From assembly GCA_022822065.1 (NCBI GenBank), contig JAJECI010000008.1:117254-181253 (forward strand): 64,000 nucleotides of DNA. The letters run 5' to 3'. Shown one piece after another: positions 55,918-64,000 of the stretch. Position numbers and translations under genes: made by a program. Position 1 is the first letter of the stretch. Each line of letters opens with the position of its first letter. Source of the stretch: Candidatus Dadabacteria bacterium. Its GTDB lineage: Bacteria > Desulfobacterota_D > UBA1144 > Nemesobacterales > Nemesobacteraceae. The notes beneath the pieces were generated by a model. That model was not told the DNA's origin. It made no database searches and saw only the letters and a program-made list of their open reading frames with translations.

Positions 55918-57573
55918 CTACGTTCCATCGGAACTGCGCTCATGGAGAAGGTGTTTGGACAACTCCTTCGCCTCGTCAAGACTGCCCACGAAATGCCCGG
56001 CGGGGACACGGTGGAAGACCTCGAGAGACTGCAGAGTCCTGGCCACGTCACCGGACAGGCCCAACACGACGCAGGCGGTGTCGTCGTCGATGGCAGATTG
56101 GACGAGTTCCTCGATCGCCAGCGCGGCACTATCGTCCACGCTGGTGGTCTCGGAAAAGTCAAGGATGATGATGTGGTGATCCTCTATGTCCGCAGCAATC
56201 GCTCGGGTCAGTTCATTTGCGGAAGCGATCGAGAAATTTCCCCTCAGCATGATGAGTCCGACCGGCAGGTTATAGGCGTCTATGTCTTCCAGAACCGGAG
56301 GAGGACCGATGTCCAAGATTGGTACGGAAAGCACGCTTTGCAGTTCGTTCTGAGCCAAGTCTCTCGAGCGCACCACGCCCGCCACTATCAACCCGATCGC
56401 AACGGCGGTGACCAAATCGACAAACACGGTCACAGCAAAGGTGAGGAGCATTATAAGAACGTATTCAAGGCGGATCGCCCGCAGATGGATGACAAAGCGC
56501 CAGTCAATAATATCCCAGCCGACTTTAATGAGAATGCCGGCCAGAACGGCGAGCGGAATCGGTTCGGCAATCCAGCCGAAGCCGAGCAGGAGGCCAAGCA
56601 GGAGGATCGCGGCCAGGGTGCCCGCAAGCGGGCTGCGTCCGCCGGCCCGGATGTTGGTAACAGTGCCCACAGTGGCGCCTGCACCCGGCAACGCCCCCAG
56701 AACACCGGCCGCCAGATTGCCGAGGCCTTGCCCAACGAGCTCCCGGTTGGGGTCGTGGCGTGTGCGGGTTTGCGAATCCGCTATCAACGAGGTCAGCAGA
56801 CTGTCAATGGAACCGAGAAGCGCGAGGATCAGCGCCGGCTCCACGAAGCCCCCGATCGAGCCCCACCCCAGCTGCGGCATCTGTAACGCGGGCAGTCCCG
56901 CGGGAATCGCACCGATGGTTCGTGCCTCGGCAAGCCCGAAGAGCGCAATGCAGGTGCCTACCACCAGGGCAGCCAGCGGAGGAGGCAGGAAGCGTCGTAT
57001 CCGGCGGGGCCAGAAGACGCAAATAGCCAAGGCGGTCAAGCCAACAACAAGATCGTGCGAATTGGGACTAGTGATGGCACTTGGCCAAGCCGCAATCTGG
57101 ACAAGCGGTCCTCCCGGAACAGGGTCGGCGCCGAGGATGGTCAGGACCTGCAGGATTATGATGATCGCGCCGATCCCAGTCATGAAGCCGGAGACCACGG
57201 AATAGGGAGTGTAACTCACAAAAGTGCCGATCCGGAGAAATCCCAGGGATATCTGCAGCAGGCCGGCCAGCATGACGATGGTGAAGGCGGTCGCCAGATC
57301 GTGGGCATACAGGGTGACAACCGCAGCCATGGCGATAGTCATCGGGCCGGTGGGACCGGAGACCTGCGAAGGCGTGCCACCGAACATGGCGGCAAAAAAT
57401 CCCACCGCGACTGCACCATAGATTCCGGCAACTGGCCCGAGCCCCGAGGCAACACCAAAGGCTAACGCCATCGGCAGCATTACGACCGCGGCAGTAACAC
57501 CGCCAAATACGTCACCTAGGAAAGTGGACCTAATCGACGCAAAAGGGGAATTTCCCTCTTTCTTCCTGGACAA
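55918..57573 (-). CDS. SulP-family anion transporter with C-terminal STAS domain
   Basis: SulP core (GLGPVAGIYGAV..., SQVSGPTGPM) plus a C-terminal STAS fold. Size is 551 aa. Confidence 0.85.
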   Translation of the reverse strand: MSRKKEGNSPFASIRSTFLGDVFGGVTAAVVMLPMALAFGVASGLGPVAGIYGAVAVGFFAAMFGGTPSQVSGPTGPMTIAMAAVVTLYAHDLATAFTIVMLAGLLQISLGFLRIGTFVSYTPYSVVSGFMTGIGAIIIILQVLTILGADPVPGGPLVQIAAWPSAITSPNSHDLVVGLTALAICVFWPRRIRRFLPPPLAALVVGTCIALFGLAEARTIGAIPAGLPALQMPQLGWGSIGGFVEPALILALLGSIDSLLTSLIADSQTRTRHDPNRELVGQGLGNLAAGVLGALPGAGATVGTVTNIRAGGRSPLAGTLAAILLLGLLLGFGWIAEPIPLAVLAGILIKVGWDIIDWRFVIHLRAIRLEYVLIMLLTFAVTVFVDLVTAVAIGLIVAGVVRSRDLAQNELQSVLSVPILDIGPPPVLEDIDAYNLPVGLIMLRGNFSIASANELTRAIAADIEDHHIIILDFSETTSVDDSAALAIEELVQSAIDDDTACVVLGLSGDVARTLQSLEVFHRVPAGHFVGSLDEAKELSKHLLHERSSDGT

Positions 57574-57762
57574 TTTTAAGTTGCCTCCTCTTTCGGCAAC
57601 TTCCCACCCGGACCGTAATAAACTTCATCCGGCATACGCCCTCCAACCCCCCGATGGCATTGAATCTTGCTGTAAGATTCTACCTCTCCCATAGAACTCT
57701 TTGCCTCTCTAACCGAACCATAAGCGTTCAAATACACATCCTCGTTTTTTAAACCGCAAGCG

Positions 57763-59025
57763 CTAAGAATGTCCCATCTTTATATGCTCTTCGAACTCGT
57801 CCCGGAATTTTCTCACTATCGATTCAATAGGCATGGCGCAGCCGTCTGCGAGAGCGCATATGGTCGTTCCCCTCATCTGCGAGCACGCGTCAAGTATTAT
57901 ATCGAGGTGCTCAATGGACCCTTTACCTTCGTCAATCTCTCTCAGTATCTTTTCAAGCCACCACGTCCCTTCCCTGCACTGAACGCACTGCCCGCACGAC
58001 TCATCCCTGTAGAAATGGGCAAGGTTCTGAGCTACCTTGATCATGCTCACCGTTTCATCCATCACCGTCACTCCCGCCGTTCCGAGCATGGAGCCCGCGG
58101 CCGCCACGGTATCGAAATCCATGGCAATGTCCAGTTCATCCGCGGAAAAGACCGCGGAAGAAGAACCGCCGGGAGAAACCGCCTTTATTTTCCTTCCTCC
58201 GGGAGTTCCTCCGCCGTACTCCTCGATCAGCTCAAGGAGGTTTATTCCGAGGGGAAGTTCGTAAAGCCCGGGTTTATTAACGTGTCCGCTCAGCCCGAAA
58301 ATCTTGGTTCCGGTGTTTCTGGGAGTCCCTATCGAGGCAAACCAGTCCGCTCCGTTGTTTATTATATGCGGAACGCACGCGAGCGTCTCCACGTTATTGA
58401 CTATGGTGGGACAACCGAAAAGGCCTATCTGAGCCGGAAAAGGAGGCTTGGGCCTCGGCTCCCCCTTTTTTCCCTCTATCGACTCAAGAAGACCGGTCTC
58501 CTCCCCGCATATGTAGGCGCCTGCGCCTATGTAGAGCTTCATATCGAGATCAAAACCGCTTAGGAGTATGTTTTTGCCGAGATAACCGTGCTCATAAGCT
58601 TCCTCTATGGCCTGCTGTATCCTTTTGGCTCCGTACGGCATCTCCCCCCTTATGTATATGTAAGCCTTATGAGAGCGGATAGCGTAGCAGGCGATTATTA
58701 TGCCCTCGATCATCTGGTGGGGATCTTTCTCCAGAATCTCCCTGTCCTTGAAGCTTCCGGGTTCGCTTTCATCGGCGTTGCAGCAGAGATAAACCGGTTT
58801 CTTGGAATCGGGGGGAATGAAGCTCCATTTTATCCCCGCCGGAAAGCCAGCCCCTCCCCTTCCCCGCAGACCCGATTTCTTGACCGCGTCGGTTATCTCC
58901 CCCGGGGCCATGCCGAGCGCCTTTCTGAGCGCCGAGTATCCCCCCGAGGACAGATACGACCCGACGGTGTAGGAATTGGTCCTGTCGACGTAATTTCTTA
59001 TGATTCTCTGCTCGGGCATCTTCAA
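57763..59025 (-). CDS. nuoF: NADH-quinone oxidoreductase subunit F-like flavoprotein (NuoF/HoxF family), not adjacent to nuoE/nuoG
   Basis: NADH/FMN motifs GRGGAGFP and GAGAYICGEETGLLES, and the 4Fe-4S motif CGQCVQCREG. Size is 420 aa. Confidence 0.8.
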   Translation of the reverse strand: MKMPEQRIIRNYVDRTNSYTVGSYLSSGGYSALRKALGMAPGEITDAVKKSGLRGRGGAGFPAGIKWSFIPPDSKKPVYLCCNADESEPGSFKDREILEKDPHQMIEGIIIACYAIRSHKAYIYIRGEMPYGAKRIQQAIEEAYEHGYLGKNILLSGFDLDMKLYIGAGAYICGEETGLLESIEGKKGEPRPKPPFPAQIGLFGCPTIVNNVETLACVPHIINNGADWFASIGTPRNTGTKIFGLSGHVNKPGLYELPLGINLLELIEEYGGGTPGGRKIKAVSPGGSSSAVFSADELDIAMDFDTVAAAGSMLGTAGVTVMDETVSMIKVAQNLAHFYRDESCGQCVQCREGTWWLEKILREIDEGKGSIEHLDIILDACSQMRGTTICALADGCAMPIESIVRKFRDEFEEHIKMGHS

Positions 59026-59147
59026 GTGCGGTTAAAGCAGCTTCCTTAACGGAAAAAAGGATAAGTACGGATAAATATTAAATGCGATTGCCGGAATTTT
59101 TCAAGGAAAAACGGAAAAAAGCCCCACGTTCACTGCACCTGGCAAGC

Positions 59148-60344
59148 TTACTCCTCAAGCAGAATGTCCGCCACATACTTGGCAAACGACATCGAGGAGG
59201 TAAAAGCGGGAGATATGGCGTTTAGCACGTGAACGGTGTCTTTTTCCTTGCAGACGACGTAGTCCATAACGAGTTTTTTCTCCTTCCAGTCCACAAGCTG
59301 CGAGCGGATGCCGGTTTTCGCAGAAGAAACCAGATGACGGGGCAGGAGGCTGGGAATCAGCTTCCTGGCTTCTGAGTAGAAGTGGGACCCCAGGTATTTT
59401 TTCACCTCGGAGAGCGCGTTTGCCCTGAACCCGCTGTCACTTACGAACATCGACGCGTTTCTGTAGAGAAACCGGAAGGACTCAAGTCCCAGATCCTCAA
59501 GAAATCCGTAGCTCTCCCTTCCCAGGACCGGCACGGCGGTAGGACCGATAAAGACACGCCCCGAAGTGCTCCTCGTAAAGTGCACCCCCAGAAAAGGCAT
59601 TCTCGGGTCGGGAACCGGATAGACATTGCCGCGGACAAGGTAAGTGCTTTTCTTCGTAAGTTCGCTGTAGGAACCCATAAAGGGAATCGACCTGTACCTA
59701 AGACCTACTCCGAAGTGGTGCGCTATGACGTCCGCATGGAGCCCCGCAGCGTTTACGAGTTTTCCGTAACTTATGGTTCCCTTGCTTGTAAGAGCGACGC
59801 GGCTCTCTTTTTCCCCGACAAAAGTCGTATCAAAAAGGACGCGGACTTTTCCGGTTCCCTCAATTTTTGAGTAAAGAGCCTCCAAAACGCCCAGAGGGTC
59901 AAACACCGATGTCGCGGGAGAATATATCGCCCTCTCAAACGTAGCGGCATGCGGTTCTATCTCCGCAAGCTCTTTTTCATCGATAAGATACGACTCCACG
60001 CCGTTTCTTTGTGCCCTCTGCTGAAGTGCGCGGAGTCCTTCAAGCTTCTCTTCGGAGTCCGCCACGATGGCCTTGCCGCATTCGGATATCGCGACTCCGT
60101 TCTCCCTGCAGAAATCTCTCATCAGCCGGTTTCCCTCAATGCAGTACCGCGCCTTAAGAGAATCGGGCGTATAATAAATCCCGGCGTGGAGAACGCCGCT
60201 GTTTCGACCGCTTGAGTGCGCCCCCAGGCCTTTTTCCTTCTCCAAGACAATGATGTTCTTGCAGCCGCGCAGAAGAAGCTCATTTACGATGGCAAGGCCT
60301 ATGATTCCTCCGCCGACAACAAGAAAATCGCAATTTTTATCCAT
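59148..60344 (-). CDS. FAD-dependent oxidoreductase of the L-2-hydroxyglutarate oxidase/dehydrogenase (LhgO) family
   Basis: N-terminal FAD fold DFLVVGGGIIGLAIVNEL, DAO-family layout. Size is 398 aa. Confidence 0.6.
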   Translation of the reverse strand: MDKNCDFLVVGGGIIGLAIVNELLLRGCKNIIVLEKEKGLGAHSSGRNSGVLHAGIYYTPDSLKARYCIEGNRLMRDFCRENGVAISECGKAIVADSEEKLEGLRALQQRAQRNGVESYLIDEKELAEIEPHAATFERAIYSPATSVFDPLGVLEALYSKIEGTGKVRVLFDTTFVGEKESRVALTSKGTISYGKLVNAAGLHADVIAHHFGVGLRYRSIPFMGSYSELTKKSTYLVRGNVYPVPDPRMPFLGVHFTRSTSGRVFIGPTAVPVLGRESYGFLEDLGLESFRFLYRNASMFVSDSGFRANALSEVKKYLGSHFYSEARKLIPSLLPRHLVSSAKTGIRSQLVDWKEKKLVMDYVVCKEKDTVHVLNAISPAFTSSMSFAKYVADILLEE

Positions 60345-60423
60345 TAATCCGACCCTTCCCGTCCGTTTTCTGGCAGACTGAGCATAAATCAGGTATAGTA
60401 TGCGTTTAATATAACTTAATAAA

Positions 60424-60921
60424 ATGAGCAGAAAATTTAAAGCAGGACAAAACGCCGTGTATCCGGTGCACGGTGTGGTTGAGGTTCAGGGGGTTGAGGA
60501 AAAGGAGATCCTGGGGTCGAGAAAATCCTTTTACATACTCAACGTTCTTGAAAGCAACGTAAAACTCATGGTCCCCACGGATAACATAGACTCTGTGGGC
60601 TTAAGGCCCGTGGTGCCCAGAAGAGAAGTAAAGAAAATCCTTGACATACTAAGGGAAGAAAACGGCGAAATACCCAAACTGGGAGTTCAGAGCTGGAACA
60701 AAAGGTACAAGGAATACGCCGACAAGGTTAAAAGCGGCGACATATACGAAATAGCAAGGGTGCTAAGGGACATACACCACCTGAAAAAAGTAAAAAACCT
60801 CTCTTTCGGCGAGAAAAGAATAATGGAAAACGCCCTATCTCACGTAGTTAAGGAACTTTCCATAGCGCTTAGGAAAAAAGAGGGAGAAGTCAGCGACCAG
60901 ATAGAGGAAATCTTCTCCTAA
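60424..60921 (+). CDS. carD: CarD/CdnL-family RNA-polymerase-binding transcription factor
   Basis: N-terminal Tudor-like RNAP-interaction domain (KAGQNAVYPVHGVVEVQGVEEKEILGSRKSFYIL) and a C-terminal helical domain. Size is 165 aa. Confidence 0.8.
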   Translation: MSRKFKAGQNAVYPVHGVVEVQGVEEKEILGSRKSFYILNVLESNVKLMVPTDNIDSVGLRPVVPRREVKKILDILREENGEIPKLGVQSWNKRYKEYADKVKSGDIYEIARVLRDIHHLKKVKNLSFGEKRIMENALSHVVKELSIALRKKEGEVSDQIEEIFS

Positions 60922-60927
60922 AGCCGA

Positions 60928-62346
60928 TCACTCAAGAATATCCTTTCCGTCAACGCCCCGGGGAACTTCAAGTCCGAGATAACGGACGATGCTCGAGAAG
61001 ATATCCGCGGTTCGTACGCAGTCATATCGAGCCGGACGGCTTATAAGAACGGGAACCACCATGTGGTCTTTGTGCAGAGAACCATGGGAACCGTGATGTT
61101 CAGGGTTCTCGTGCGTGGCCCGAAGGTCGTAGCCCGGTTTTGAACTCACCACCACGTCGCCGGTCCGAGGCGATTCGAAAAGCTGGAGAATCTGGAGAGG
61201 GGCATCCGGATAGTCAGAATCGACCGTGAGTTGAAGCGACTCCGAGGGGTTCATCTTCTTTGAGGAAAAGCCGTAGCCGAGAGGGTCCCCTGAAACATTG
61301 CTGTAGCAGATCAGTCCTTCTTCATCCACGCTCACGAGAGCCTCTCCCCTGGGATTGGTTATTTTCACCTCCCCTCCCGCCCCGCCGGTTCTGGCGCAGA
61401 CGACATCCACTTCCGGCCGCCCGGAGAGTTCGTCAACTATATCCGCTATTTCTTCACAACGCGTATGTCTTTTCCATCCATCGGAATTTTTAAAATAGTA
61501 ATGCGCCATGGAGTTTCCAGAGACCATGACGGATGAATCGGCGTCTAGGAAATGCCTGAACACGTTGGTGTAGTAAAGCGGCTTGAAACCCCGCCTGCGA
61601 AGAAAGCCCAGGGAATCGAAATGAGAATGCGTGGACGTAAGGCCGTGGTCGCTTCCAACGACGAAAAGCGTATCGTCAAGCTCGCCTCGCTCGGCGATCT
61701 TTTCCGCGACCATTCCTACGTACCGGTCAAGCCTTCTGTAGGATTCTATAACCTTGCGGTGAAACGGATGGTAGCGGTGGGAGTAGGCATCCGCCGCGGT
61801 GAAAACGCAGAAAACGAACCGCGGAGAACTCCTAAGAGAGTCAACCAGAATTCTTCCCGCGGCCTCTTCAACACTGTCGCTTCTGTCCGTGAAGTGGCTT
61901 TTTACGACCAGATAATACTTAAGGTACTTGGTCTTGTTGTTCCCCGAGGGGTTTATGTCCCTGGTTATCTCGTTTAGGATGCTTACGCTCCCCGGAACCA
62001 GGCCGAAAAGCGTCGGGGAGCTGCACTCTATGTCCCGGTTGATAAGAGACGCCTGGGGACCCGCGTAGCTTCTGAATCTTCGAAGGGAAAACGGGGTCTC
62101 ATCGTAATACCTTCTGTCAAACCACCTTATGCCGGGAAGGTTGCATCTGCCTGGAAATCTGCCGAGAAGGTACGGAGTATAAGCCGGGCCCGTTGTCGAG
62201 GGAAAAACCGTGATTCCCCTAAGAAATTTTCCCGGCTCCACGACGTACTTCTGTATGTTCTCAAGATCTCCTCTTTTGAAAAGTTCGGCAAAGACATCCA
62301 GCCTCGTGCCATCGGCAAGAAAAAAAATGCATTTCCTTTCATCCAT
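60928..62346 (-). CDS. alkaline-phosphatase-superfamily phosphodiesterase / nucleotide pyrophosphatase-like protein
   Basis: Type I phosphodiesterase core. Metal-ligand motifs FFLADGTRLD, VGSDHG and HHGSHGS. Its ATG overlaps the stop of the upstream glnE-like gene (ATGA). Confidence 0.6.
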   Translation of the reverse strand: MDERKCIFFLADGTRLDVFAELFKRGDLENIQKYVVEPGKFLRGITVFPSTTGPAYTPYLLGRFPGRCNLPGIRWFDRRYYDETPFSLRRFRSYAGPQASLINRDIECSSPTLFGLVPGSVSILNEITRDINPSGNNKTKYLKYYLVVKSHFTDRSDSVEEAAGRILVDSLRSSPRFVFCVFTAADAYSHRYHPFHRKVIESYRRLDRYVGMVAEKIAERGELDDTLFVVGSDHGLTSTHSHFDSLGFLRRRGFKPLYYTNVFRHFLDADSSVMVSGNSMAHYYFKNSDGWKRHTRCEEIADIVDELSGRPEVDVVCARTGGAGGEVKITNPRGEALVSVDEEGLICYSNVSGDPLGYGFSSKKMNPSESLQLTVDSDYPDAPLQILQLFESPRTGDVVVSSKPGYDLRATHENPEHHGSHGSLHKDHMVVPVLISRPARYDCVRTADIFSSIVRYLGLEVPRGVDGKDILE

Positions 62347-64000
62347 CAGGCGCTTTCCAGAAAATATTTGTTATAAATTCCCCTGATATCCCCGGTTACG
62401 CGCGCGTATTCGGACCTGAGAAAATCTCCCTCTCCGCCGGAACCGCCGAATTCAGGCGCCATCCGGTCAAAATCGCCCTGCGTGATTTCGTTTTTGCTCC
62501 TGTCATTGAAAAGACTCAGCAGATTTCCCATCTTTCTTAAAAACAGATAGCCTTCGCCAAGCGTCAGGGCCTCGTCTCCTTTAATTAACCCGGCCCCGTA
62601 AAGCGTCCCTACAGCCTCCATGGTGTTTGCCGTTCTTAGTTCGGGGTTTGCGGGACCATGGGCAAGCTGAAGCATCTGGATGAGGAACTCAATGTCCACC
62701 AGTCCTCCCCTGCCCATTTTCAGGTTAAACCTGAATTCCGTCTCGTTTGCGAGCTCCTTTTCAATTCTCCCGCGAAGCCTGTGAATTTCCTTATGAAAAT
62801 CCGGAACGGTCTCCTTCGCGTAAACGAAGTTCTCTATGACTTTCATTACCTTCTCGCCGAGCGCACGGTTTCCCGCAACGGCGCGGGCTTTTATAAGAGC
62901 CTGCTTCTCCCAGATCTGAGCACTTGAATTATGATATTCTTCAAAGGCCTCAAGCGAGCTAACGAGGGTGCCCGATTTCCCCGACGGGCGAAGTTCCACG
63001 TCCACCTTGTAACAGAAGCTCTCGGAGGTGTAAACCGAGAGATTCGATATGAACCTCTGGGCGTACTTGGAGAAAAGCTCGTGGTCATCCCCCTCGTAAA
63101 TGAAAATTATGTCAAGATCGGAAGCGTAGCTCATTTCCCCTCCTCCGAGTTTGCCGAGCCCCAGAACGACCATTTTATCAAGAAGCTTCCTCTGTCTGGC
63201 GGAACACTTAATAGAATTCCTGGCAAGTTCGAGGCTTGAGTCCATTACCACGTCCGCCACCATCGACAGATATTTTCCCACGTAGATCGGTTCCAAGTCC
63301 TCGGAAAGCTCCTTGAAGCAAAGTTTAAGGGACTCGATGTGCTTGAAGCTTCGAAGAGTGTTGAGTTTGTCCTCTAAGAACTCCTCTTCCGAGAGGGCTT
63401 CCTCGAGAGCCCGCGCCATGGCATCTTTCGAATCGTAAAACTGCGTCACGTCCTTTAGGATGATGGAGTCAAGATACTCGGGATGCCTGATAAGAAAATT
63501 AGACAGCATGCCGCCTCTTGAAAAGAGCCTGGAGAGCAGAGGAATGATTTTCGGGTTTTCAGTCAGAAGAAAGTAGACCGACATCCTGGAACCCAGACCG
63601 GAGATAAACCTTTCAAGATTTAAAAGCGCAGAGTCCTGCTCGCTAAGCTTGATTATGTTTGAGAGAAAAGCCGGTATCACTTTTCTCGAAAGTACCCTTC
63701 CCCTTTCCGTGAGTCCGGCCCTCTGGGGATTCATGAGGCTCGATATTATTTCGATCGCGTCGTCCGGCGCCGAGAACCCGAGATTTCCGAGGGTCGAAAT
63801 CGCTTCCTCGCGGTTTACGTTTCCCTCGGCCATAAAATCCGCCACCTCCCAGAATTCCCTGCCTTTTTCCTCAAGCTCCACCTCGGGATCGGAGAACAGG
63901 TTCCCGCAGTTCTTCACGACAAGCGAGGTTATCTCTTCGTAAGCGGCCTTGAAGTCCGCCGTCATTTCAAACCCCATCCTCCTTGAGAGTCTGGCGAGCG
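62346..64000 (-). CDS. glnE: glutamine synthetase adenylyltransferase GlnE-like nucleotidyltransferase, 5'-partial (the ORF stays open to the window edge)
   Basis: GlnE motifs GLGKLGGGEMSYASDLDIIFIY, KVDVELRPSGKSG, ALIKARAV, KMGRGGLVDIEFLIQ and EGYLFLRKMGNLLS. No stop codon lies between the first Met (63977) and the window end. Confidence 0.75.
   Translation of the reverse strand, partial: LARLSRRMGFEMTADFKAAYEEITSLVVKNCGNLFSDPEVELEEKGREFWEVADFMAEGNVNREEAISTLGNLGFSAPDDAIEIISSLMNPQRAGLTERGRVLSRKVIPAFLSNIIKLSEQDSALLNLERFISGLGSRMSVYFLLTENPKIIPLLSRLFSRGGMLSNFLIRHPEYLDSIILKDVTQFYDSKDAMARALEEALSEEEFLEDKLNTLRSFKHIESLKLCFKELSEDLEPIYVGKYLSMVADVVMDSSLELARNSIKCSARQRKLLDKMVVLGLGKLGGGEMSYASDLDIIFIYEGDDHELFSKYAQRFISNLSVYTSESFCYKVDVELRPSGKSGTLVSSLEAFEEYHNSSAQIWEKQALIKARAVAGNRALGEKVMKVIENFVYAKETVPDFHKEIHRLRGRIEKELANETEFRFNLKMGRGGLVDIEFLIQMLQLAHGPANPELRTANTMEAVGTLYGAGLIKGDEALTLGEGYLFLRKMGNLLSLFNDRSKNEITQGDFDRMAPEFGGSGGEGDFLRSEYARVTGDIRGIYNKYFLESA

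Noticed and set aside
55942-57205. Several long plus-strand ORFs (314 aa, 265 aa) in a very GC-rich stretch
   Set aside because: They are antisense to the SulP transporter gene. Their amino-acid composition (R, A, P, G-rich) is typical of out-of-frame reads of GC-rich membrane-protein genes.

Overview
64 kb chromosomal segment of a roughly 55% GC bacterium. I could not pin down the lineage from the sequence alone. Most of the window is housekeeping genes on both strands: recO, argJ, pyrD, ychF, an aceB-aceA glyoxylate operon with a long (ICL2-type) isocitrate lyase, mgtE, recF, obg, queG, pfk, a hemY-hemH-hemD/E cluster, lysA, ddl, mltD, gatB, a nuoF-like gene, and a partial glnE at the right edge. 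Four tRNA genes lie in three loci (His; Arg and Pro; Thr), all on the minus strand.

The main accessory feature is an AT-richer island of about 5.4 kb (~14.05-19.47 kb) between aceA and mgtE. It carries a compact type II-short-like CBASS anti-phage operon: a patatin-like phospholipase, a cGAS/DncV-like nucleotidyltransferase, and an E2 (UBC-fold) protein with a SEC-C-type zinc knuckle. Divergent from it sits a CapH-like HTH plus CapP-like ImmA metallopeptidase regulatory pair.

Other notable items are:
- a tandem pair of secreted-protein paralogues and a proline/repeat-rich surface protein that share an unusual C-terminal Cys-containing hydrophobic tail, two of them with an in-frame amber codon inside the signal peptide, and one with an 11-C homopolymer right after its start codon;
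- a bacterial ERG4/ERG24-type sterol reductase homologue next to an IS1595 transposase remnant;
- a hemD-hemE fusion, tandem Ogg2-type glycosylases and a Cdc48-like double-AAA ATPase.

I saw no CRISPR array, rRNA gene or intact mobile element.
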